Counted from the stretch's first letter, positions 44,457-54,047 are shown. The stretch: 64,000 nucleotides of DNA from Nanobdellota archaeon (GCA_027858295.1 JAQICZ010000043.1:23699-87698), one strand, 5' to 3'. The notes: generated by a model from the sequence alone, not told the origin. Program-made: numbers and translations.

Positions 44457-44539
44457 TGCAGGTGACAGGGTTTGAACCTGCGTAGACATAAGTCAATGGA
44501 TTTTGAGTCCATCCCGTTTGACCACTCCGGCACACCTGC
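44457..44539 (-). tRNA. tRNA-Leu (anticodon CAA)
   Basis: Hand-folded cloverleaf: acceptor GCAGGTG/CACCTGC plus discriminator A; anticodon stem ATGGA/TCCAT with loop CTCAAAA; long variable arm; T arm GCAGG-TTCAAAC-CCTGT; no encoded CCA. Confidence 0.9.
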
Positions 44540-44634
44540 ATATATTATTACTACAACATATTTCGTTTTTAATAATTTCCATTAGGTCCAATTGTTACCT
44601 TAATTATTATAGAGTTTCTTTAGCTATGATTACT

Positions 44635-44761
44635 GTCAAATTTTTGCTAAGATTCTGCTCTACCACACCCTGGTGGAATTCCATTCGCTTTGGAATATGG
44701 GAAAGCAAAAATTCTTGGGATTTTTTACTTAAAGGGATGTGGCTTCAATTTGAAGACATGT
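44635..44761. repeat. B-element copy 1
   Basis: gtcaaatttttgctaagattctgctctaccacaccctggtggaattCCATTCGCTTTGGAATATGGgaaagcaaaaattcttggga...gaagacatgt; 189 nt upstream of the L18e ATG. Confidence 0.85.
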
Positions 44762-44949
44762 AAGAATAGCCAAAAAACTCTCAAAGCCACTATTTGAGAT
44801 GTATTCCCGAATTTGTAATAATTGGGAGAATGACGCCCAACCAAAAAAATGTCTACCCAAACTTTTATAAACTAAAAAAAATTCAAGTTGATATCCGCAA
44901 GTCACAGGCGTTAGCGGGAAGTTATACTTCTCGTTAGGAAAATACAAAA

Positions 44950-45315
44950 ATGATTAAATCAAAAACAAAAATTGAATTACAATTAGAAAAGAAGACTAAT
45001 CCAGTTTTGGTTCAGACTGTAGTTTCTGCAAAAAAGAACCCAGCTTGGATTGAAGTTGCTGCTTTATTGACTTCCCCAGGAAGCCAAAGAAAAGGTGTGA
45101 ACTTGTCTGATATTGAAAGGACGGAAGGAGAAGTTATTGTTGTTTGCGGTAAGGTTTTAAGCCAAGGCGAAATTACTAAGAAAGTAAGAGTTGTTGCATT
45201 AAGATTTTCTGAGAACGCAAAGAAGAAACTTAAAGAAGCTGGATGTGAAATGATAACTATTATGGAAGAGATTAAGAATAACAAAGATGCAAAAGGAGTA
45301 GTAATATTAAAATGA
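44950..45315 (+). CDS. rpl18e: 50S ribosomal protein L18e
   Basis: KTNP.L, W..VA..L..P, VNLS.IER, VVV.GKVL..GE, V.AL.FS..AKKK...AG match archaeal L18e. Confidence 0.9.
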   Translation: MIKSKTKIELQLEKKTNPVLVQTVVSAKKNPAWIEVAALLTSPGSQRKGVNLSDIERTEGEVIVVCGKVLSQGEITKKVRVVALRFSENAKKKLKEAGCEMITIMEEIKNNKDAKGVVILK

Positions 45316-45710
45316 TTTTTATTGATGGAAAAGGTGTTGTACTAGGAAGACTTGCAAATTTTGTTGCAAAGCAAGCACTTAAAGGAGAAGAAGTTAAAAT
45401 ATTAAATGCAGATAAAGTTATCATCACTGGGAATCCAAAAACTACTGAAAGAGAATTTTTAGAAAAAAGATCAAGATTTGGGCATTCACAGAAAGGTCCA
45501 AAACATCACGCTACAAGTGAAAAGATTGTAAAAAGGTCGATTCGAGGAATGCTTCCAGATCATCGTGAAAGTAGAGGAAGAGAAGCTTTCAAGAGAATTA
45601 TGTGTTACAGCGGTATCCCGACTGAATTTCAAGAAGTTGAAATGATTGTTATGCCAACACCAAAAAAAATTAAATATTCAGAAGTTAAAAACTTCACAAA
45701 ATTAAAGTAA
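45312..45710 (+). CDS. rpl13: 50S ribosomal protein L13
   Basis: IDGKGVVLGRLA..VAKQAL.GE.V...NA....ITG, archaeal-length L13; ATGA overlap with L18e. Confidence 0.9.
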   Translation: MIFIDGKGVVLGRLANFVAKQALKGEEVKILNADKVIITGNPKTTEREFLEKRSRFGHSQKGPKHHATSEKIVKRSIRGMLPDHRESRGREAFKRIMCYSGIPTEFQEVEMIVMPTPKKIKYSEVKNFTKLK

Positions 45711-45711
45711 A

Positions 45712-46134
45712 ATGGTAGGAATTGAAACTAGATATAAAAAAGTGTATGCTTCTGGTAAAAGGAAGTCAGCTATCGCTAGAGCGGTTGTGCAAAATGGCAA
45801 TGGAAATGTTACATTCAACCAAAGAGCAATATTAACATTACCGATGTTTGAAAAGTTAAAACTTGAAGAGCCTATAAGAATTGCAGAAGTTGTTTTAGGA
45901 AAAATTGATTTTGATGCTACTGTTACTGTAAAAGGTGGCGGAACTCAATGCCAAATTGATGCAGGAAGATTAGCTATTGCTAAGGCACTGATTACTTATA
46001 CTCAATCTGATGAATTAAGAGAAGCCTTCTTGACTTACGACAGAAATTTACTTGTTGCTGACGACAGAAGGAAAGAGGCTTATAAACCAGGTGATTCTAA
46101 GGCGAGAGCTTCCAGACAAACATCATACCGTTAA
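45712..46134 (+). CDS. rps9: 30S ribosomal protein S9
   Basis: SGKRKSAIARA, GGG..GQ.DA.RLAIA.AL, C-terminal RQTSYR; starts 2 nt after the L13 stop. Confidence 0.9.
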   Translation: MVGIETRYKKVYASGKRKSAIARAVVQNGNGNVTFNQRAILTLPMFEKLKLEEPIRIAEVVLGKIDFDATVTVKGGGTQCQIDAGRLAIAKALITYTQSDELREAFLTYDRNLLVADDRRKEAYKPGDSKARASRQTSYR

Positions 46135-46335
46135 TTTTGGATTTTGTTTCTTTTTGGTTTATACTTCGTTAAATGAATTCTTATGTACAGGAAGTACACG
46201 GCGAATTTATTTGCCTCGTCTAAACGCAAAAATAAATCAAAATTGTTTTAGATTGAGGAAATAATTTTATTAGAAATATTATTGATTTGATTAAACTATA
46301 GAGTTAATGCTAAGAATTGTACAGGATGGATATTA

Positions 46336-46902
46336 TTAATTTTTATTGTTATGTGCCTTTGGATTGATTTTTCTTCGTCTTAGCATTTTTTCTAGTTTAT
46401 CTTGAACGTGGTTGAATAATGTTGAAGAGACTAGGTGATTATGCTTGCCCTCATGGACTTCACCATCAAATTTTATTTTCCCAATATATGTGAAATTCAT
46501 TAAAATCTTCTTTAATCCATTGAGTGAAATCCCGTATTTTTTTGAAAGTTGGTTAAGGCTTGTCTCTGTGGCTAAAAAATCTTCATAGATTGTTTCTACC
46601 ATTTCTGAATTTTGAGCTGGAAATAACTTACCCTTTCTTATTTCATAACCAAATGGGGCTCTTGACATAACCTTTCCTTCTTTTGCCTTTTCTACCATAC
46701 CTCTCTTTTGCTTTACCCCTCCGAGATTCCCTTGTTTTCTATAAGTTTGAAGATCTCTCCAGTTAGTTTTTTCTTCTACATATATATTAAATAATTCTTT
46801 TTTGTCTGGCGCAAAATAAGAACAAAATTCACAGAGTCTTCTTTCGTGAAAAATTTTGTTTTTTGCGGATTTGTATTCACATTTATAGCATTCTGACATC
46901 AT
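46336..46902 (-). CDS. Recombinase-domain (PF07508-like) protein with N-terminal zinc ribbon, lacking a resolvase catalytic domain
   Basis: CYKCEY...CEFCSYF, then APFGYEIRKGKL.P...E...V..IYEDF....SL.QL.KKYGIS..GLKKIL.N..YIG; ATG at 46902 is 1 nt after the xer stop (the track start 46923 overlaps xer). Confidence 0.55.
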   Translation of the reverse strand: MMSECYKCEYKSAKNKIFHERRLCEFCSYFAPDKKELFNIYVEEKTNWRDLQTYRKQGNLGGVKQKRGMVEKAKEGKVMSRAPFGYEIRKGKLFPAQNSEMVETIYEDFLATETSLNQLSKKYGISLNGLKKILMNFTYIGKIKFDGEVHEGKHNHLVSSTLFNHVQDKLEKMLRRRKINPKAHNNKN

Positions 46903-46903
46903 A

Positions 46904-47743
46904 CTACCTACCCATTGCGACATCTAATGGCGACTTTATTTTTTTTAATTCTTCTGGAGAAACATGTGTGTAAATTTGTGTTGTTGACAAGTCTGCATGT
47001 CCGAGCAGCTCCTGAATTTTTCTTATATCAACTTCATTCTCTAGCAAGTGAGTCGCGAAAGAATGCCTTAGGGTATGTGTGTGAACTTCCTTTTTTATGC
47101 CTGCCTTGACACCTGCATTCTTTACAACCTTCTGAACATTTCTGTCAGACATTTGTTTTCCATTCCTACCAGAAAACATATAAGTTTCTCCAAACTCTTT
47201 TTGAATCTCTGAATATCTTTTCAATTTTGAAATTAAAAATAATGGAATATTGAAAATTCTATCCTTCTTACCCTTTCCTTGCCTTACATGCCCTATTTTA
47301 TCATCAAAATCTAACTCATTAATTTTTAAATTTGTTATTTCTGATACCCTCATCCCAGTTGCATAGACTAAAGATATCATCATTCTTGATTTTTTATTAT
47401 TTAGAGCCTCTAGCAACGCGAAGATCTCGGCCTTCGTCAAAACAACGGGCAATCTTTTTTCTCTTTTCGGTCTTCTAATATGTGCTGTTGGATCCACTTT
47501 AGTAATACTTGTGTAAGCATATTTTACTGCAGATAAAAACATAATAATTGAGATTGCAGAACGTTCACTCAAATTATCTGCTATGTATAATTTAACATCG
47601 TCCTCGGTAATCTGTTCTGGTTCTTTATTTATATAATCAAGAAGCTGAGAGTTTAATCTTATGTAATTCTTTAAAGTGTGAGCTGAGTTCTTCGCAATTT
47701 TTAGTTCGATTTCAAGTTTTTTTAAGAATTCCTGTTTGTTCAT
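46904..47743 (-). CDS. xerA: XerA/XerC/XerD-family tyrosine recombinase
   Basis: 279 aa; ATGMRVSE (Arg), HTLRHSFATHLL (HxxR), LGHADLSTTQIYTHV (His/Tyr); length typical of archaeal XerA. Confidence 0.85.
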   Translation of the reverse strand: MNKQEFLKKLEIELKIAKNSAHTLKNYIRLNSQLLDYINKEPEQITEDDVKLYIADNLSERSAISIIMFLSAVKYAYTSITKVDPTAHIRRPKREKRLPVVLTKAEIFALLEALNNKKSRMMISLVYATGMRVSEITNLKINELDFDDKIGHVRQGKGKKDRIFNIPLFLISKLKRYSEIQKEFGETYMFSGRNGKQMSDRNVQKVVKNAGVKAGIKKEVHTHTLRHSFATHLLENEVDIRKIQELLGHADLSTTQIYTHVSPEELKKIKSPLDVAMGR

Positions 47744-48402
47744 TTAACATGAATTCCGTAATGCGCGAGTTGCTCCTTTATTTTTCTATTATCAGTAAAC
47801 AGTATTGTTTTCATACCCAACTTGTGCGCAGGTATTATATTCCATTCTTGATTGTCTATAAACAATGCCTCGTGTGGTTTTACACCCATTTTTTCCAAAA
47901 TCATTTTGTAAATTCTGATATCTGGTTTTCTCATACCAACATCACAAGATATAATCTTGTTTTCAAATATTTTGAAATCTTTTTCTGTAATTAAAGCTTC
48001 TTTTGAGATATGCCACTGATCTGAAAGGATTCCTATGTCATAACCTTGTTTTTTTAATTGACTTGCAACATTAAACAACCATTTATTTTTAGTATAAATT
48101 TTTCTATAGCTATCAATATATAATTTTTTTAATTTTTCTTTTGGATAATTTAGATTTAAGGAAAGTATACCCAGGAGTGTTTGTTCTGAGAGTTGCCCTT
48201 CGATAGACTTCGCATAAGCTGTATCAATTGAATCTAAATATTGGTCTAAAGATATTTTTAATTTATCTGCAATTCTTTGATGAACCCCTGAGGTATGGAT
48301 GGTTCTTGGATTTATTCTTTGCCGACCACCTAGTTGAAGGACTCCTCCGATATCAAAAATTACTGCCTTAATTGCTCCCTCAGGAACATCACTCTTTTTC
48401 AT
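47740..48402 (-). CDS. HAD-superfamily hydrolase (subfamily IA-like)
   Basis: AVIFDIGGVL motif I; ILSDQ and C-terminal FIDN motifs; ATG at 48402 preferred over the extended track start; TGA overlaps the xer ATG. Confidence 0.75.
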   Translation of the reverse strand: MKKSDVPEGAIKAVIFDIGGVLQLGGRQRINPRTIHTSGVHQRIADKLKISLDQYLDSIDTAYAKSIEGQLSEQTLLGILSLNLNYPKEKLKKLYIDSYRKIYTKNKWLFNVASQLKKQGYDIGILSDQWHISKEALITEKDFKIFENKIISCDVGMRKPDIRIYKMILEKMGVKPHEALFIDNQEWNIIPAHKLGMKTILFTDNRKIKEQLAHYGIHVK

Positions 48403-48655
48403 ATATCTGATTATGCGAACTTCTTTAAATAAGTTTCTTATTGTATATACCTCCAAAAAACAGCCACACAGCCAAGAACACAAAACCTAAGAAATAAAGA
48501 TTATAATTGCAATGTATTGGACGATTTTTGGGAATATTCTTCAGGAGAGACCAAAAGGCTGAATAAATTTGATTATTCAAAAACTAGCAGTCATTTTCGT
48601 GAAAAATCTTATAAACCGATAATTCGATAATATATTATTCCCTTTTTTTAGTTAG

Positions 48656-48662
48656 AAGGAGG
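48656..48662 (+). promoter_or_regulatory. Shine-Dalgarno-like AAGGAGG
   Basis: 10 nt upstream of the ATG at 48673. Confidence 0.5.
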
Positions 48663-48672
48663 TTTGAAGAAT

Positions 48673-48927
48673 ATGAGTAAAAAATTGTTTGTTGGAAATT
48701 TACCTTTTAGTATGAGAGGAAAAGAATTAAGAGATTTATTTTCGGAATTCGGTGAAATTGAAGATGCTACTGTCATTTTAGACAAAATGAATAGAAACAG
48801 ATCTAAAGGTTTTGGATTTATTGAGTTTGTTAATGATGAAGATGGAGATAAAGCTATCGCGGCTATGAATGAGAAAGAGATTGAGGGGAGACCCTTAACT
48901 GTTAACGAAGCTAAGCCAAGAGAATAG
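48673..48927 (+). CDS. RRM-type RNA-binding protein
   Basis: RNP-2 LFVGNL and RNP-1 KGFGFIEF; 84 aa; ATG preferred over the TTG at 48664. Confidence 0.85.
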   Translation: MSKKLFVGNLPFSMRGKELRDLFSEFGEIEDATVILDKMNRNRSKGFGFIEFVNDEDGDKAIAAMNEKEIEGRPLTVNEAKPRE

Positions 48928-49042
48928 GAGAGTTTTTAATCGTTAGTTTTTAGTTATGAGAAAAACTGAGACTAAGACAAAAACTTTTCAAATTTTTATT
49001 TTTTTTAATTAGATTAATATACTATACCTTCTCTTTAATACT

Positions 49043-49873
49043 ATGTTAAAGAGGGTTACAGTCGAAAGACTTAAACGTGAGGGATTTTCACTTGTTCTTT
49101 CTGGAGGGGCTGCACTAGGTGTCTCACATATTGGCGTCCTTGAATGGATTAATAAAAACAACCTTATCCCAGATGAAATTGTTGGCACTTCGATAGGTGC
49201 ATTTGTTGGTGCACTTAGAGCCATTGGAAAATCGCCTGAAAATATCCTTGAAATTTTTGAAGAACTGGAGGGTGTTGATCTGTTTAAAATGAAATATATT
49301 CATGGACATCTAGAATTTCAAAAAGTTAGCGACCTTCTTATAAAAATATTCAAAAAGAAAAAAATGAAAGATGTTCTGGTAGACCTTAAGATTGTTGCAA
49401 CTAGTGTTAAAACAGGCGAAGCCAAACTTTTCACGGGAGAGGATAATGCTCTTATTGCCGATGTTGTTAGGGCTTCTATCTCTATCCCTGGGGTTCTTCG
49501 GTTTAAAAAAATCAAAGGAGAAGAATATATGGATGGGGGCATTGCTTCTAACCTTCCAGTTGAATTTGCCAACCCCAGAAATGTGAAAATCGCATCAAAC
49601 GCGGTTAACCACTCTATGATAATAAAATACAAAAAACACGATGGATTTTTTTCTTCGTTTAAAGATAGATTTTCAGCGATTGAAGGAGCCATGCATTACC
49701 TACTTCGAAATCAAACATATTCGAAGACGCCTTACATTAAAAAACTCGTACTGATAGAACCCAATCTTCATAAATTTAAAATTTATAACTTAGAGAATTA
49801 TCATGAAATGCTTGACGTAGGATACGAAACCGCTAAAAAAAAGATATACTCTTTTAAAAAGTTCAAAGAGTAA
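49043..49873 (+). CDS. patatin-like phospholipase
   Basis: LSGGAALG oxyanion motif, GTSIGA (GxSxG nucleophile), DGG (catalytic Asp). Confidence 0.85.
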   Translation: MLKRVTVERLKREGFSLVLSGGAALGVSHIGVLEWINKNNLIPDEIVGTSIGAFVGALRAIGKSPENILEIFEELEGVDLFKMKYIHGHLEFQKVSDLLIKIFKKKKMKDVLVDLKIVATSVKTGEAKLFTGEDNALIADVVRASISIPGVLRFKKIKGEEYMDGGIASNLPVEFANPRNVKIASNAVNHSMIIKYKKHDGFFSSFKDRFSAIEGAMHYLLRNQTYSKTPYIKKLVLIEPNLHKFKIYNLENYHEMLDVGYETAKKKIYSFKKFKE

Positions 49874-49881
49874 ATGATTAT

Positions 49882-50019
49882 TTATTTATTTATTTTCAGT
49901 TCCCTTTGATTAAGATAAATCAGGACGACAGCCCCAATTATGAATAGCCAATCTACGAGGTAAGTTAGTGCCAAAAATCCTAAGGCAAGTAATGAATAAA
50001 TAACTACTTTTAGTTTCAT
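49882..50019 (-). CDS. hypothetical small membrane protein
   Basis: Hand-translated 45 aa: MKLKVVIYSLLALGFLALTYLVDWLFIIGAVVLIYLNQRELKINK; below the track cutoff. Confidence 0.35.
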   Translation of the reverse strand: MKLKVVIYSLLALGFLALTYLVDWLFIIGAVVLIYLNQRELKINK

Positions 50020-50121
50020 AAAAATAACAAACAACTATTGTTTTTATGCTTATTGACTCCCCTCGATAAACACGTATTCTTGATGTCACAAGCCCTTAAA
50101 AACCAAAAATTGTTTTTTTGC

Positions 50122-50463
50122 ATGGGCAGAGAGGAAAAAATCCAATTGATTGCAGGATTTCTTTTTATTATATTGATCTTGCTTGGGATTGTTTTAGCCC
50201 TTCAGATAAAAACTACAAAAACAACTCAAATTGACATTTCTAAAAATTTGAATTTTGCGTCTGCAAATGTAATAGAAGATTATATGGACAAAGAATTTGC
50301 GTCTAACAATATTAAAGAAGATAGTTATGTTAAAAACAAAATCATTCCTAAAGAGTATTCCTCCTGGGGAAAACATACAAAGTCCATAACATTAGGGCTT
50401 TATTCTGACAACTATGAAGTTAATGTCAAATTTTTGCTAAGATTCTGCTCTGCCACACCCTAG
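50122..50463 (+). CDS. hypothetical N-terminally anchored protein
   Basis: ATG at 50122 gives MGREEKIQLIAGFLFIILILLGIVLALQ; the last 13 codons run into B-element copy 2, so the 3' end is doubtful. Confidence 0.4.
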   Translation: MGREEKIQLIAGFLFIILILLGIVLALQIKTTKTTQIDISKNLNFASANVIEDYMDKEFASNNIKEDSYVKNKIIPKEYSSWGKHTKSITLGLYSDNYEVNVKFLLRFCSATP

Positions 50464-50756
50464 TGGAATTCCATTCGCTTTGGAATATGGGAAAACGAAA
50501 TTCTCAGGCAGATAAAATAATTGGAAAATATTTTATTGGAGAATTTGTTTAAAGGGTGTGGCCTGACGAGCGGAATCTTCGAGACGCAAAAATCATCCAC
50601 TCCCTCTATTTGCGGAAATGGTCGCCCTTCGGGTGCCATAAAACCGAAGGAAGGTATCCACACCCTAGTGGTTTTCCATTCGCTTTGGTGTATGGGAAAG
50701 CAAAAATTCTTGGGAATTTTTACTTAAAGGGATGTGGCTTCGATTTGAAGACATGT
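50425..50756. repeat. B-element copy 2 (with internal duplication/insert)
   Basis: 50425-50497 matches 44635-44707 and 50659-50756 matches 44664-44761; about 160 nt of related modules lie between; two CCATTCGCTTTGG(AA/TG)TATGG motifs (50471-50490, 50676-50695). Confidence 0.85.
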
Positions 50757-50946
50757 GAAAAATCTAGAAGGAGGAAGATATTATATCGTGGAGTATACCT
50801 TTTATGATTATTTTGGAAACAAAAGAGTCTATGAAATTAAAAAATATGTTTTTGGATATGAAGAAGAAATGTTTAAATTTAGAGACATTTCTAAAGGCAT
50901 GACATATTACGATACTTGGAAATATAAAATCCTTCCACAAAAATGA
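50755..50946 (+). CDS. hypothetical small protein
   Basis: GTG starts at 50755 or 50788 (AAGGAGG at 50768-50774); TGA overlaps the ATG of the LysE-type gene; start uncertain. Confidence 0.35.
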   Translation: MKNLEGGRYYIVEYTFYDYFGNKRVYEIKKYVFGYEEEMFKFRDISKGMTYYDTWKYKILPQK

Positions 50947-51566
50947 TAGATTTATTATTGAAGGGATTCATCATTGGACTTATTGTTGCAGCTCCTATTG
51001 GTGTGCCCGCGGTTCTTTGCATTAGAAGAAGCCTATTAAGAAAGGACTTGTCTGGATTGATGACTGGATTTGGTGCTGCATCTACCGACTTTTCTTATGC
51101 TATTATTGCTGGATTTGGAATAAGTATAATCTCTGACTCTATTTTAACAAATGAATTTTATTTCCAGTTATTCGGGGGGATTCTCCTGACATTCTTAGGA
51201 ATTCGGGGCTGGACATTAAAAAAAGGCTTTCATATAAAGAAAGAAAGAAAAAATTTGCCCTACTGGAAAGATTTTGCATCTGGATTTGTGGTCACAATAA
51301 TAAATCCAATTACTCTATTGGCTTTCTTTATTGGATATTCATTTATCGAAACCAGTGAAATTATTGGTAACCCTCATGCTTCAATTGTATTGGTTCTTGG
51401 ATCTTTAATAGGATCCATAGTTGTGTGGAGTGGTTTAAATTTTGCTATTAAATCTCATCAAAAAAAATTGAAGAAAAGTTTTATGTCAAAAATAAACAAA
51501 ATATCTGGAACCGCGATTATTCTTTTTGGTATGTTTTTATTATTGGAAGCTATTGCTCTTTTCTGA
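50943..51566 (+). CDS. LysE/RhtB-type amino-acid exporter
   Basis: 207 aa, about 6 TM helices, N-terminal GFIIGLIVAAPIGVPAVLCI typical of the family. Confidence 0.65.
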   Translation: MIDLLLKGFIIGLIVAAPIGVPAVLCIRRSLLRKDLSGLMTGFGAASTDFSYAIIAGFGISIISDSILTNEFYFQLFGGILLTFLGIRGWTLKKGFHIKKERKNLPYWKDFASGFVVTIINPITLLAFFIGYSFIETSEIIGNPHASIVLVLGSLIGSIVVWSGLNFAIKSHQKKLKKSFMSKINKISGTAIILFGMFLLLEAIALF

Positions 51567-51642
51567 ATTTAATTGCACCCGTGATTGTTTACATTTAATA
51601 TATATAGTGAAATTATAAAAAGAATTTAAGATTCAATTGTAT

Positions 51643-51903
51643 ATGAAACTTGGAAAAGTATTGCAATATGAGACATATATTATACTTGGATTACTGATGG
51701 TAGCTGGAACTATTGGTAAACTTATTTTTAATTTGCCTATCGACTCTGATTGGTTTTGGTTTATTGCTGGTACTGGGCTGGTACTTGAGGGGTTTATTGA
51801 TTTAATAAAACAAAGGCAATTTAGTAAGAAATACAAGGTTGTTTCTAAGAAAGAATTTGAATCTATGTGGAATGATCTAAAAGCTGCCGATAAAAAGAAG
51901 TAA
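51643..51903 (+). CDS. hypothetical small membrane protein
   Basis: ATG at 51643 (track start is TTG); two TM helices. Confidence 0.45.
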   Translation: MKLGKVLQYETYIILGLLMVAGTIGKLIFNLPIDSDWFWFIAGTGLVLEGFIDLIKQRQFSKKYKVVSKKEFESMWNDLKAADKKK

Positions 51904-51930
51904 TATAAATAAGATATTATTTATATTTAT

Positions 51931-52692
51931 ATGAAAAAGGTTGTATTGTTTTTAATCTTATTTTGTATTCCTTTGGTATTCGCTGGTAGCTTTGAGTATC
52001 AAATCATAGATAACAAGGTGCTTACATATATTATAATTGAAGGTACGGGGGCTATGGTGATAGATTTACCAACTGATTTCACTGCGCTAGATGTCTCAAC
52101 TAACTATTTCATGGAAAATAGATTCCTGGGAATTGTTTCAAAAGATGAAATTGAAATAAAATATATAACAAAGTCTCTAATTGAAAAAACAGGAAATGAG
52201 TTCTTTTTTATCTCAAAGAATGATTTGCATGTCGGGCAATCTGCCAAAGTTCTTCTTCCAGAGGGGGCCGTTTTAATGGATAAATATATAACATTCCCTA
52301 AAGACTATAACATTGAAACAAATGGTAAAAATATTATTTTGAGCTGGGAGGAATTGACTGAAAAAGAGATTCTTGTTGCATATAAAATCCCAACTCAGGT
52401 TAATTGGATTTTATACATAGTAACATTCATTTTCCTTTGTGCTTCCGCCTATTTTTATTATTCAAAGATTCAGTCTATTAAAAAATCAAAAACTAAAAAT
52501 TTATATGGAGAGGAAAAAGATATAATGAAATTTTTGATTGAAAAAAAAGAATGCTGGACAAAAGAAATAGTAAAAGAGTTGGGTATTTCTAAAGTCAAAT
52601 TGAGTAGAAGACTCCGAGATTTAGAAGAAAAGGGACTCATAACTAGAGAACCACATGGGAATGAGAACCGGATCAAACTAAAAATAGTATAA
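51931..52692 (+). CDS. membrane-associated protein with C-terminal wHTH (MarR/ArsR-like)
   Basis: Signal/TM at the N-terminus, a second TM (WILYIVTFIFLCASAYFYY), then EKDIMKFLIEKKECWTKEIVKELGISKVKLSRRLRDLEEKGLITRE. Confidence 0.6.
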   Translation: MKKVVLFLILFCIPLVFAGSFEYQIIDNKVLTYIIIEGTGAMVIDLPTDFTALDVSTNYFMENRFLGIVSKDEIEIKYITKSLIEKTGNEFFFISKNDLHVGQSAKVLLPEGAVLMDKYITFPKDYNIETNGKNIILSWEELTEKEILVAYKIPTQVNWILYIVTFIFLCASAYFYYSKIQSIKKSKTKNLYGEEKDIMKFLIEKKECWTKEIVKELGISKVKLSRRLRDLEEKGLITREPHGNENRIKLKIV

Positions 52693-52896
52693 TTTGGTTG
52701 TTTCATCTTGTTTCAGGAATTAACTATAAAGAATTAATGACTTGGTCTTTCATGGAAAGTAAATGGATTGAAACTAAGATTAGCAAGATGATGCCAATAA
52801 TAGCTATTGGACTACATCTAGTTCTGGTTTTACATTTACTTATTTGATAAGATGAAAAATACAAATCGAATATTATTAAAAAGGGGGAATATAAAA

Positions 52897-53910
52897 ATGA
52901 AAAAAATAGGAACATTATTTATAATGGCATTTTTAATGCTAAGCATGGTTTCTTTTGTTGTTGCTGAAGACAACGAAACAACAGTTCAACCTACTGAATT
53001 TGAGGATGCAGGAATTACTCCTGGAAACATTTTCTATGGATTTGATAAAGCAATGGATAATATTAGAGTAAGCTTTACTTTTAACAAAGAAAGAAAAGCT
53101 GAAAGGTCACTTGCTATTGCTGAAGAAAGATTAGCTGAAGCTGAGAAACTTACAGAAAGAGGCCAGCTTGAAAGAGCTGACAGATCAAGAGCTCAATATG
53201 AGAAATTTTTGAGTAGAGCTGAAAAATCTATCGAAGAAATGGAAACTAACGGAAATTTGAATAAATCTGAACAGAGTATTAGATCTATCGCAAGAATCCA
53301 AGACAAGTTTGAAGATCATCAATCAAAGATTTCTGAAAGAAAAACAAACTTCTTAGAAAATCATGCAGAAAACATGACTGAAGAAGAGTTGATTAAGCTT
53401 GATGAGTTATTTGAGAAGTTTGAAGTAAAGTCTGAAGAACTTATAGATAAGACTTTAAAAAAAAGAGACAATATTGAGACTAAGTACAAGGTTCAAGCTG
53501 AATTATCTGACGACGAACTTGAAAATCTTTTAGAAGAAATTGATTCTGAAGAAGGACTTAAAGAAGCGCGTGAGATGAGAAAAGCTAAAGATGAACAGAG
53601 ATTTGTAAGAGAAGTTGAAGTTCGTGAAAGAAACCTTGAAAGAATGAAAGTTCGTCTTAATGCTGAAAACTTAACTGAAGATGAAAAAACTTTGATTGAA
53701 GCACGAATTTTAAAAGAAGAGGAAAGATTTGAAGATTTCGAAATCCAAAAATCTGAACTCCAACTTAAAATGGATGAAAAAGTTAAAGAAATTCAAGAAA
53801 GCTCTGAGGAAGATGCTGAAAAACTAATAGCAGAACTTGGAGAAATCCAAGGAGAGATTAGAGAAGAAGCGGGAGAACGAAGAGGAGAAGTTGAGGCAAG
53901 AAGAGAATAA
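52897..53910 (+). CDS. secreted coiled-coil protein (N-terminal region DUF5667-like, low confidence)
   Basis: ATG at 52897 gives MKKIGTLFIMAFLMLSMVSFVVAED; GITPGNIFYGFDKAMDNI followed by long E/K/R-rich coiled coil. Confidence 0.6.
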   Translation: MKKIGTLFIMAFLMLSMVSFVVAEDNETTVQPTEFEDAGITPGNIFYGFDKAMDNIRVSFTFNKERKAERSLAIAEERLAEAEKLTERGQLERADRSRAQYEKFLSRAEKSIEEMETNGNLNKSEQSIRSIARIQDKFEDHQSKISERKTNFLENHAENMTEEELIKLDELFEKFEVKSEELIDKTLKKRDNIETKYKVQAELSDDELENLLEEIDSEEGLKEAREMRKAKDEQRFVREVEVRERNLERMKVRLNAENLTEDEKTLIEARILKEEERFEDFEIQKSELQLKMDEKVKEIQESSEEDAEKLIAELGEIQGEIREEAGERRGEVEARRE

Positions 53911-54047
53911 TTCAGAAAAAAGCTTAAAGAAGAAAATGTAGATTTAAAAGATGATAATGGCAATAGAACTGAAAAGAATTTAGCATAATTTGTCTAAAAG
54001 AAGCAAGGAGGGATTTTTTTATTTTACTTTCCCTTATCTTTTTTATT

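Noticed and set aside
43950-44947. ORFs 43950..44210, 44014..44235, 44271..44489, 44333..44533, 44503..44763 and 44729..44947
   Set aside because: They lie entirely within the A1/A2 and B1 repeats or overlap the tRNA-Leu gene, occur on both strands of the same DNA, and have no plausible starts or protein-like composition.
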